A stretch of DNA of 64,000 nt from Takakia lepidozioides (lineage: Eukaryota > Plantae > Bryophyta): positions 23,560,001 to 23,624,000 of the forward strand of contig CM060731.1 in NCBI GenBank assembly GCA_030704615.1, given 5' to 3'. How positions within the stretch are numbered: position 1 is the first letter of the stretch; each line of letters opens with the position of its first letter. Position numbers and translations under genes: made by a program. This document shows, piece by piece, positions 13,290 through 24,095 of this stretch. The notes under the pieces are model-generated. The model had not been told where the DNA came from. It did no database searches and worked only from the letters and a program-made list of their open reading frames with translations.

Positions 13290-13460
13290 ACTGGCTCCCT
13301 TGGGAAAATGCTACCTTGGGAAAATGTTACCATCGGAAAATGTTACCATCTGGAATTGTTACCTTGGGAAAATATTACCTTGAGAAAATGTTACCTTGAG
13401 AAAATATCTGGGGAAAATGTTACCTTGGAGAATGATATCTTGGGAAAATGATACCTCATT
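13290..13460. repeat. Tandem repeat, ~16-bp unit TTGGGAAAATGTTACC
   Basis: Degenerate copies are directly visible. Confidence 0.8.
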
Positions 13461-13512
13461 TTTATTGCTACCCACTCTATTTTCCACAAGCTACTCGGAT
13501 ACAACCAACAAT

Positions 13513-13690
13513 TCTACACCATGATCTTTACACCATGATTTTTCACCATGATCTTTACACCATGATTCTACACCATGATTTTTCACCATGATCTTTACAC
13601 CATGATTCTACACCATGATTTTTACACTATGATTTTACACCAGGATCTGTTTTCACTTCAAACAATGCTACACCATGATCTTTACTCTAT
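13513..13690. repeat. Tandem repeat, ~14-15-bp unit CACCATGAT(C/T)TT(T)A
   Basis: About a dozen copies are directly visible. Confidence 0.85.
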
Positions 13691-13749
13691 GTTTTCATAC
13701 AAAAATTTTTCCAAAATCTATTGCTGTCACTACGTTACTCTCGCCTCCT

Positions 13750-15804
13750 TCGGAGGCATATCATCCATCTTCTATCACTACATCCCATCACCAATTGCCC
13801 CCACTGTAACCCAACACGCCACATACCCCCACTCAATATCAAACCCCCCAGTGCACGAACTCTGCCTAACCGCCACTTCATTCATCCACTAGTTTCCTCA
13901 TCCACGTCCATGCCCGAGACCATCCATTCATGTACCTCGTCCAATCACCTTATAGCCTCATTTATATATATACCCCCCAAACCCATACATTTTATCATCC
14001 AACCCCTTCACTTCATCCCCAACCCCAGCCCATCACCACTATTAAATATATCCCTTTCCCACACTAAAGGCCCATGTATGACTTACCTTCTAACGTATTG
14101 TTACGCCAATACACCCTACACTCAAAACTCCCCTGTTCAATCCTTGCGTCCCGCAGTACTCCGTTTACAGCAACACAGTCGCGCCAACAACACTCTACCC
14201 CCAATCCCTGCAATATATCACCAAAACACTATCCCCAAATACCCACTAGCCATTCCACATTACACTGACGGATCCTCACCAAACCCAACGCAGGATATGG
14301 AATCTATCACGTCGGCACCAGTCAAGGCGTTGCCCTCAGGCTCCCTGGCCCTGCCACCATCCTCCGGGCTGAACTGGCCATTCATGACGCCCTCTCTCTA
14401 CTTGGTACCTTCCCCCCCACACACTACATCTTCACCGACAGCCTTACCTCACTATTCCTCATTCGCAACCACATCTCCCACCCCTCTGCCCATCATCATC
14501 ACCCCGACCGCAACCTCATTGCCGCTATTGTCCAGAGGGCCATCTCCCTAGGCCACCCAGTCCATATACTCAAAGTCCGTTCGCATACTGACATCCATCA
14601 GCGCCTGCCAACCCATAGTTGAACCCTCGAACGACCCTATTCACATTGCCCACACCCATCCCTTCTGGTTCATACACCCTGTTCCGACCCCCCTGCACCC
14701 AGACCAATCTGAAACCTCCTGACCACTCTGACCAGAGAAGCAAATAAAACAAGCGGCAGCCTCCATCAGCCTACCAAAGTACACATCAAAAAATGGACTC
14801 AATCCATGTACTACACCATAAACTCTCCAATCATTTCTGGCTAACCAAGCCACCACCGACGCACAATCCGACAAACACTCAAATTCCGATATGCCCAATA
14901 CATGGGCCACCAGCGCAAACACATCTTCTGGCCACATCTGTTCTCATCCCCATACTGTCCATTATGTGTAACCACCCACCAAGCTCGTGACACTTGGCCA
15001 CATCTCCTCAGCCAGTGTACACACCCAGTTATACATGGCTTGCATATCACGCGTCATAAACCAAGCAGTCTAGCACCTCCACAAGCTCTTTTAAAACGTG
15101 TTGAAACCCGTTGTTCTCGCTCATGAATGCAGGCCCTACCAGGGACGGCCACCCGACCACACAGTACCAACCATGACTACTACCATGCATATGTACCCGA
15201 TCACCATGCTCATGCCCCGCTCGACTTTGCCCGGACATACTCCTCGTCCAAGGTCTACCTATCAATACTTTACCCCCCACCTCACCATCCCCACAACTCA
15301 CCATCCATTTCATTGAATTCACATTTTGCCATGATCATTATCCAAACGATTCAATATTAGAAAAACGTCAAAAATATGCCCCGCTTATCCTTGCACTCCG
15401 AAGGCGTGGCTAGAAACCGGCCCTTTAAACTGTCATCACAGCCGGCACTCGAGGTGGCATTCATAACGCCAGTATCACGGACATACACGATAACTTCCAA
15501 ATTCCCATTCTTCCCATCCACAAATGTTTCAAAGAAATCCATCTCACGGCACTCCGTTCATCACTCACTAGTATTATCACCAACAAACGCCAACTGGAAT
15601 CCGACACTTCAAACGCACCTTAGGCCCCCCAGGATACCCCTGGGTACCCAAGAATACCCTCACCCCCTCTATTATTAGCGGTCACATGGTGTCCCCCCTG
15701 GACACTTTTTTTGTTATAGGGCCCATCCCCGAAAGGGGGGCAGTAGGCCGCAAGGCGAATGTGGCTCTTAGTTACGCGGCCTCGCCGGAGTCTCTCCTCT
15801 CTCC
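13750..15804 (+). mobile_element. 3' fragment of a non-LTR retrotransposon with RNase H + CCHC + restriction-like endonuclease (Dualen/RandI-like architecture)
   Basis: Across frameshifts: RNase H YTDGS...ELAIHDAL...IFTDS...LKVRSH (14260-14590); CPLC...DTWPHLLSQC...RH (14950-15060); RLE RLCPDILLV...IEFTF...EKRQKYAPL...TAGTRGG (15220-15460). Confidence 0.75.
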
Positions 15805-15817
15805 TGCCAAATGGACA

Positions 15818-18800
15818 ATACAGAGGCCATTGAGACACTACTAAAACATAGAGTTGTCGATTGGTACATATAGAGAAAACCTTAGAATGGTGAGTGTGTC
15901 AGACTGGCTCGATATGACGTAATATTAGCATGCCTTGGATGGCAATCTCACAACCCTGATGTTGATTGGCGTCGAAAGATAGTCAAAACCCAGAATTGGA
16001 AAATATGGGGAGATCGAGTGAGGACACCATATCGAAACCTACCATCATTTGTTATAGGTACTACAGCTATATGTAAGAAAGACTTTATTTGTAGGTAAAT
16101 AAGAGACGTGGAAAATCCGAAAAAAAAGTGAGTGAGGTCCTATAGATTAAACAGAGTGTTTGAAGAGTTCAAAGATGTCTTTCCAGATGACCTACCACAC
16201 GGCTCCGCCAAAGAGAAAGTAGATCATAAGATTGAGGTTGTTCCAAGTAGTACTCTTTCTTGTAAATTCCTTATCGATTAGCACCAAACGAGTTGGAAGA
16301 ATATAAGCTCAAGTCGAGGACCTACTATCAAAAGGCTTTATAAGACCAAGTGTATCCTCGTATGGAGCGCCGGTGTTGTTTGTGAAGAAAAAAATGGAGC
16401 AATGCGCATTTGCATTGATTATCGAGCACTCAAGCAAGCAGACAGTGAAGAACAAGTACTCGTTACCACCACGCATGGACGATACTATTGACCAAATACG
16501 ATGAGCAAATATTTTACGAAGCTTGATCTGAGGAGTGGATACAACCAAATTCGAGTCGCTGATGAAGATGTATATAAGACCGCGTTCTGCACTAGGTATG
16601 GACATTTGGAATACATGGTTATGCCATTTGGTCTCACCATGCCCAGCCACATTCATGGGCCTCATGAATGAAATCTTTCGTCCATTCTTAGATAGATTTG
16701 TGATAGTATTTTTAAATGATATTCTGATCTATAGTAACAGCCTTGTCGAGCATAAAAACTACCTAAAACAAGTATTACAAGTTCTCCGTGAGAATCAGCT
16801 ATATGCCAAAGCATCTAAATGTGAGTTGGAAAAACAAAGAAGTAGACTATCTTGGGCATGCGTGAGTAGGAAGGGAATTGAGGTAAGAGTGAGAAAATAG
16901 AAGCTTTCAGCCCCTGAAGACATTACTACAGACGATTTGTAGGGGCATTCTCAAAGATTGCCAAGTGGGGTACAGAAAATGAGTTAGCATTTCAGACCTT
17001 GAAGGATGCGTTGCTTCATGCCTCGATCTTGAAATGGTATGATCCGACAAGACTAATCAAGCTCTCGGTAGATGCGTCAGGCTCAGCAGTGGGTGGGGTA
17101 TTACAACAAGAATGGGAAGACGGATGGCACCCAGTGACATATTTTTCTCGCAAATGCGGAACAAAATTACCATACAACCAAACGAGAAGAATTTGCCATT
17201 GTTTTGGGTACAAAACTTTAGAAGCACTATCTTGGAGACAAAGAGTTCATAGTGGAGACAGACCATAAACCGTTGGTATACTTGGAGACACGAAAAGATC
17301 TATCGAAGAGACAGATTCGTTGGGCGGAGTGACGACAACAATTTAATATGAAGATCGTCTATGTGGAGGGAAAACGACAATTGGCGGATGCAATGACAAG
17401 GATGTCGCGCATGAACACATTGACAGAAATCAACATTCAACCCGATTGGTGGAACAAGATAACGACGGTTTCTAAAGATGATGGGGAGATCGTGGGCGCT
17501 AAAAAGAAAGGCAAAGTCACAGAAGTTCGAGGGTTGGTATTCAAGGTTTGGATCCCTGATGAACCTGCATTGAAGACAGAAGTCTTGTTTGAAACTCATG
17601 ATACGGCGATAGCATGACATGTTGAAGTTGAAAAAATATTCGAACAACTAAAACGAACATTTTATTGGCCGCGGATGCGAGACGAGGTGGAGGCGTACGT
17701 TCGAAGTTGCATGAAATGTCAACAAAATAAGTCAACAAACCGCAAGCCAGCAGGTCTTTTACAACCACTACCAGTACCAAACAGACGTTGGGAACATATG
17801 AGCATGGATTTAGTTTGTGAGTTACCTCAAACCTCATCAGGATATGACATTATAGTGGTCTTTGTAGACAAATTGAGTAAGATGATACACATCCGTCCCA
17901 CTAGAAAATCCGTCACTACACCTGAACTAGCTCGACTATATCTGAAAGCGGTCTATTTTCATCATGGGCTATCTAAAGTTCTCATTACTGACAGGGATAC
18001 CCAATTTACTAGCTTGTTTTGGAAAAGCTTATTTGGTCTTTTTAAAAACCAAATTAGCTATGTCAACAGCCTATCATCCGGAGTCAGATGGACAGACAGA
18101 GCGAGCAAATCGTACAATTGAAGACATGTTGCGGGCCTTTACATTAGAAGAACAAGAAGAGTGGGATTGGTTATTACCATTGGTAGAATTTTCATACAAT
18201 AACTCGGTCAACGCGTCAACGAAAGAAACTCCTTTCTTTTTGATGTATGGTGAACACCCAAATGTGCCAACAACTCTTACGAAATTCAAGTTACCAAAAG
18301 AGGAGTTATCCAAGGTAGCCGTGACTAACGCATTTGTGCAACAAATTCGACGAGGAGTACGTCAAGCTAAAGAGAAGCTGATGGTTGCCCAAAATCGCCA
18401 AAAGCAGTATGCAAATGCACGTCGACGGGATGAAGAGTTTGCAGTTGGGGATCAAGTGTGGTTGTCTACAACCAATTTACACATCATTGGATCGCGAAAA
18501 CTAGGGGCACGGTTCATTGGTCATTTTTCAATCACTAAACGCATTGGAGCAGTAGCATACAAGCTGGAGTTACTACCACATATGAAAATCCACCCGGTGT
18601 TTCACGTTTCTCTACTACGTCGTTACGAACCTCGACCATCAATATTTAAAGATAATCAAGAACCACAACCTTTACCAGAGTTGATAGATGGAAATGAAGA
18701 GTGGGAGGTCGACCGTGTTCTGAAAAAACGCACATACAAACGAGGGCGACATGAGGTGTTGGAGTATTTGGTTTTATAGAAAGGATTTCCATTATATGAA

Positions 18801-18903
18801 GCTACCTGGGAACCGGTGCAAAATCTCGCAAATGCTCAATTGGCAATTCAAGCTTTTGAAAATTCGAACAATGAGGACGTCGCTTCTTGAAAGAGGGGAG
18901 GAT
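15818..18903 (+). pseudogene. A2 pol: end of protease, RT, RNase H, integrase, chromodomain (many frameshifts)
   Basis: [76 protein letters not shown]. Confidence 0.9.
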
Positions 18904-18997
18904 TGTAACAAGGTAGAATCTAGAAGGTTCTAGATGGAAGAGGAAAGTTCCCTAGAAGTTTCCAGAATAATTAGAAAGGATCCTAAGAAGTTTGACT

Positions 18998-19485
18998 TGT
19001 CGTGCGCATACATATCGCTATACAATTACATCGCTGTCGCATGTGCACACCAAACACTAGTCTATCACTAGTCCACCACTAGTGCATCACTAGGCTGCCA
19101 CTAGACAACCACTAGTCACCACTAGTGCAGCCAGTAGTCCACCACTAGGCTGCCACTAGCCACCACTAGTGCAACCACTAGTCCAACCACTAGGCTGCCA
19201 CTAGCCACCACTAGTGCAGCCACTAGTCCAACCACTAGGCTGCCACTAGCCACCACTAGTGCAGCCACTAGTCCAACCATTGGACTGCCACTAGCCACCA
19301 CTAGTGCAGCCACTAGTCCAACCATTGGACTGCCGCTAGCCACCACTAGTGCAGCCACTAGTCCACCACTAGGCAGCCACTAGTCCACCACTAGGCAGCC
19401 ACTGGCCACCACTAGTGCAGCCACGCCACTAGTCCACCACTAGGCTGCCATTTGCCACCACTAGTCCAGCCACTAGTCCATCACA
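18998..19485 (-). repeat. 3' LTR of the DNMT-gypsy, built largely from tandem CCACTAG-containing repeats
   Basis: Minus strand reads PPT AGGGGGGCGAT, then TGTGA...CGACA. Internal ~48-bp tandem units at 19060-19480. Confidence 0.7.
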
Positions 19486-19737
19486 ATCGCCCCCCTAGCT
19501 GGCATTTAGGTCCCTCTAAGTCCAGGTAGCCACAAGATGTGATAGTGGCCATAGCCTCAATAAGTCCTCTACCACTGTCCCTACTACACTCAAACTCGAT
19601 AGAGGCCGGGTACAAGAGTTGCTCAATCGTTAGTCGTCGTTTTGCAACCTGAGCCTGAGATCTCGGGTATTGACTCCTATGAGCTTGGCCTCCCATGTCT
19701 TGTTAGCTGCCACTAGTCATATCCACTGCCACTATCC

Positions 19738-19875
19738 CAAGCAGTGTGGACATAACCAATCTCCATCAGGAACCCTCTCAAGAGGTGGTGTCAAGCATCC
19801 CATGTGCCAACCTCTTGAACATTGATCACACACCAGCATAGTGGCGGCACCACGAGCATACCCACATAGCATGCA
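19738..19875 (-). other. PHD finger (C4HC3) at the integrase C-terminus
   Basis: CMLC...MLVCDQCSRGWHMGCLTPPLERVPDGDWLCPHC in ORF 19732-20424. Confidence 0.9.
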
Positions 19876-19879
19876 ACGC

Positions 19880-22690
19880 AATCCTGTAGGTACCACTGCA
19901 AGGTTGGGATCTATCCTCTCATCCACATGTGGAAGGTGACATGGCGCACAATTACGCACATGGTCCTTCCATACTATGCCATCTCGATCTTCCAGAATCA
20001 ACACTCCTGAAGGCAACACCTCCCTAACCCTTAGAATTACACGTCCTGCTGTGACATCCAAGGTCGTAAGTGCTGTTTGCTGCAGATACACATAGTCCCC
20101 AGGGTGGAAACGCCGATCACCTGGCCGATATCCCCCTCCACGTATAGTGGCATACCTCAATGTGTCTCGGTGTTGGGCAATAGCAAAATTCTCAAAAGCC
20201 ATAGGCATGACTCTCTTGAACAACTCTGCCCGCTGGGCATATGCTTGTGTCCACACATTCGGATCATCAAGGTTGAGGACTACTGCAGCCTCCATGCGAA
20301 TAGATGCAGGCAAATCCGGCTCTCGGCCAAAGATAAGGAAATATGGTGAGAAGGAGGCAAGTGATGCTTGCTTGCTAAACCTGTAGCCCATGGCTAACCA
20401 AGGTACCTGAAATCCCAATCTCATAGGTGTCCCTTTTGCAAGCCATACTTGCGCAAATCCCTCTTCACTGTCTGCACCACTCTCTCTGCCAAGCCATCGG
20501 CCTCAGGATGATCCCGAGAAGTGGTAGTGTGGTCTATCAAGGCTTTATCACACAAAGCCTGAAACTCCCCCAAGAACTCTTTCCCTTGGTCCGTGAGTAC
20601 CTCAGCTGGAGCACCGAATCGGCTAAGCACACGATCCAGGAATGCATACGCAGCCCCCTCACTAGCCTTGTCAGGCAATGGAACCAACTCAATCCACTTG
20701 GAGAAGTGCTCCACCATCACCAACACATATCTGTGATGGCGCGTCGTCAGTGGCAACAGCCCTACGAAGTCAAGACTCCACATGTAGCCCAATCCCATGA
20801 TGGGTAATGGATGCAACTATGGTGTAGGGGCGTTGAATGAAACATGCATCCTGTCACACACCATGCACGTAGCCACGAATTGTTGCACCTCTGTGTGCAT
20901 ACCATGCCACCAATATTGTCCATGCAGTAAACTATGAGTGCGTCGCACTCCAAAATGCCCCAACTCCTCATGGGCATGCCGCACTAACTGTGCACGTTGT
21001 GTTGGGTGAGGCACGATCATCACCCGACCATCCTCCCACACTCGAAGCAGGTGTATCCCCTCCCACTTGAACCTCTTGGCTCATTGCAGGATCTGATCCC
21101 TCTCCTTGGCAGTCACACTAGCTGCCGTGTCTCTAGTGCGGAGGTAGTCCAACACAACCGAATCCTCATGTATATCTCTGGCACCACCTAGCTCATCACT
21201 AGCCTCAGGGTCCTCAGACACTCCGTCTACAGTCATCCCTGTTGCAGGTCCAACCTGACTTCCCGATGCCAAGATACACAAAAAAACAGATGCATGCCAT
21301 CCCGACACCATCTCTTTGTCCGTCTCACCATGCCACCGAGCTCTAGTGTCATCCTGGTGGCTCGTGCATGGATTGCGACTCAATCCATCCGCATCCCTAT
21401 TGACCAAACCCGGTCGATGCACAACCTGAAAATCATACTATTGGAGTATTAGTGCCCACCGTGCAAGCTTCCATGTAAGCTTGTCTGACTCCATCAACCA
21501 CTTGAGTGGCTGGTGATCCGTGACAAGGGTGAAGAGATTGCCGTATAGATAGCACCTGAAGTGTGCCACGGCCCACACTGCATCTAAGCACTCCCCCTCA
21601 TATGAGCTATACTTAGACTCTTCAACGTTGTTCGAGCGGCTAGCATAAGCCACGAACTCTCTTCCCTCATCATCCACCTGTGTGAGCACCGCTCCAAGCC
21701 CCAGCATGCTCCAATCTGTATGCACCTGAAAGGGACGCCCCCTGATAGGTCGTCTCAAGATCGGCGCCGAGGTCAACCTCGCCTTGAGCTCCTGAAAAGC
21801 TTGCTCTTGCTCATCTTCCCACTGCCACTCCTGGTCTATCTTGGTTAGCTTGGTTAGAGCCTTTGCAATAGCATTAAATCCCTTGACAAACCGTCTATAG
21901 TAGTTTGCCAACCCCATGAAAGCCCGAACTCGGCTCACATCCGTGGGGCATGGAATCTGTGCGATGGCCTCTACCTTAGTCTACTGTACCCCCAATCCTC
22001 CAAGATATATCATGTGGCCCAGATACTCAATCTGGTTGTGGAAGAACTTGCACTTCCCCGGATGTAATTTCAATCCGTGCGCTCTCAAGCGCTCAAACAC
22101 CACCTGAAGGTGTCTCTCGTGCTCCTCCACCGTAGCACTAAAGATGATGATGTCATGTATGTAGCACCAAACAAAGTCCACCCCTGCTAGAATCCTGTCC
22201 ATGACTCTTTGGAACTCTGTAGGAGCGTTCTTGGTAAGAACCGCCACTGATATAGACAATCCTTCCCGTGCTCATTGATCCCCCAGAATGTCGTCTTTTG
22301 CTTGTCTGCCTCCTTGATCGGCAACTAGTGATATCCGGACCGCAAGTCCAGAGTGCTAAAGACCTTGGCATCAAAGATCTCATCCAGTGTGGGCATGGCA
22401 TACTTATCAGACTTGGGCTGACGATTTACAGGCCGGTAATCACCGCACATACGTCTCTACGTCCAATTGCCATAGACATCCTTCTTGGCTGGCATCACCG
22501 TGGCTGAAGCATACTCTCCACCAGAGAGCTCCACCAAACCAGCCTCCCAGAGATCTTGAGTCCTCATCTGAATCAAAGACCGCTCCATGTCACTGTATCT
22601 ATAGGGTCTCCGAAAGATTGGCGTGTCCGTGGCCAACTCAATACGAATCTCCTGACCCTTCAGTGCTCCCAAATCCTTCAAACTGAAGGC
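19880..22690 (-). pseudogene. RT, RNase H and integrase of the DNMT-gypsy
   Basis: IFRRPYR, NAPTEFQRVMD, YIHDIIIF (decayed YIDD), RAFMGLANYYRRFV, HTDWS..GLGAVL, TDHQPLKWL, HEELGHFG..C..C, WSLDF, TDQGKEF, HPEADGLAER. Confidence 0.92.
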
Positions 22691-23149
22691 AAAGCAATTC
22701 CTGTAAGCCCTCAGGAACCGCCATATACGTCGTCTCTCTCCTCCAATGACAATGGGTCCAATGTCAGGCCCCCAATTGTCCTCCGTAACTGCAACCTTAA
22801 GTCCAGCAGACTTAGAGGTAGAGGAAGCGTCCCGTGGTTGCTATGCCACAACCTCTTGAGCAGTACTCCATGCCTGCTCAGTCAATGACAAGGCCTCATC
22901 CTGCCCCATCATCTCATCCTTGAGGACATCCTCAACCCGAGAAGAATCCCCAACCTCATCCATCACAGCCGCCTTGGTTGCCAACTCCCTCTGAACCTCA
23001 AGCACCTCCCACGTGTGCCATGGATGTCTACACCCCGTGGTCCTCACCGGCTCGCCCCCACTCACTGCCTGTACCATCTCGGTAGGCAGAGAGACCGTCA
23101 AGGGAAGTGCACTCCGCACTCTACGTTGCTCAGCCATAGCCAAGCTAAT

Positions 23150-24095
23150 AATCCAAGTCAAGCAATTGAGATCCATCGCTTGCCCCAACACCTGACAACG
23201 TGATGCCTCAGAAAGAGAAGGCACCGCCGTGGTCCCAGTGGAAAAACCCACAGCCTGCTCGTGCTCGTCAGCATTAGGCTCCACTAGCTGCTGCAACTGA
23301 GCATCCCATAGGAGGCCAGGTCCACTATCCCGCAAAACATGTGATCCTGGGAAGCTGAGCAGTGTAGGCAATGCTGCTCGTGGTTGACCCACATTGTTGA
23401 CCACTGCCAAAGGCGAACGGTCATCGTGTCTCACACGCTGAGACTGCCTCCCTGTGTCCAAAATGCTATCCACTGTGAGGTGTGTTGGCCGCTGCACCCC
23501 ATCAAATGCACGCTTGAGCAGTGCGGGTGGCATCAAGTTAGTCCACCATAGCCGTGGACGATGAGCCCACGACCCACTATAGCTGTCTCCTGCAACACTG
23601 CTGACCCAACCCACGACCGGACTTGGTGCACACTGGCCATCACCTTGGCCCGAGAATTGCCCATCATGGCACATTCTCCAAGATGTATGCTGGAGATATA
23701 GCTTGATGAAGCTGTAAGTGGCGCAAAACCCGCACCATCTCCCAAAACAGATCCGACCTCGAGTCTCGCAATCCATTGCTATGCCCGGCTGATGAATGCC
23801 CTTGGTAGGGCCAACCTGCCACTATCAAATCAATGGAGCCAACCCGCTCCAAATCCTGCGCCCCTAGCAAAGAAATGTCTGCTGGCAAGGCCTGCTAATA
23901 TCCACGCACCACAGACACCGGCAACAACTCAGGGTACTGCTGCACCAACTGAGCAACATGGCGGAGTGAGACGCGTCGTGCAGTCTCATCCCTCTCCACA
24001 TACACGCTAAACTCGTACACCTGCCTGTAGCACAGCAGCCAATCCGGTGCTGATCCCGCCAAACAAGTCCAGAAGGCAAATGCCTTCATCCGAAT
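23150..24095 (-). pseudogene. C5-cytosine DNA methyltransferase domain (DNMT3-like), frameshifted
   Basis: Motif I LDLFGGI, II YVERD, III ADI, IV GWP(Y)QGHS (TAC where TGC is expected), V GLRDSRSDLF, VI YILENV, VIII AHRPRLWWTN, X QVLGQAM. Confidence 0.88.

Larger units (their letters stand above)
9086..15804 (+). mobile_element. 6.7-kb composite insertion with a 13-bp TSD, ending in an RLE-type LINE 3' end
   Basis: TGCCAAATGGACA is duplicated at 9073-9085 and 15805-15817 in the A2 protease; the same site is single in A1 near 47594. CT-rich tail TCTCTCCTCTCTCC. Confidence 0.85.

Noticed and set aside
12092-13399. 288-aa and 139-aa ORFs after the PPR fragments
   Set aside because: Only the first ~40 aa are PPR-like; the rest is low-information or repeat-derived.
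15700-15775. HDV-like ribozyme (GGCGAATG resembles J4/2)
   Set aside because: I could not build P1, P3 and L3 in the required order; kept only as a structured 3' end.
19122-19358. 78-aa repetitive hydrophobic ORF
   Set aside because: Translation of the LTR tandem repeat.
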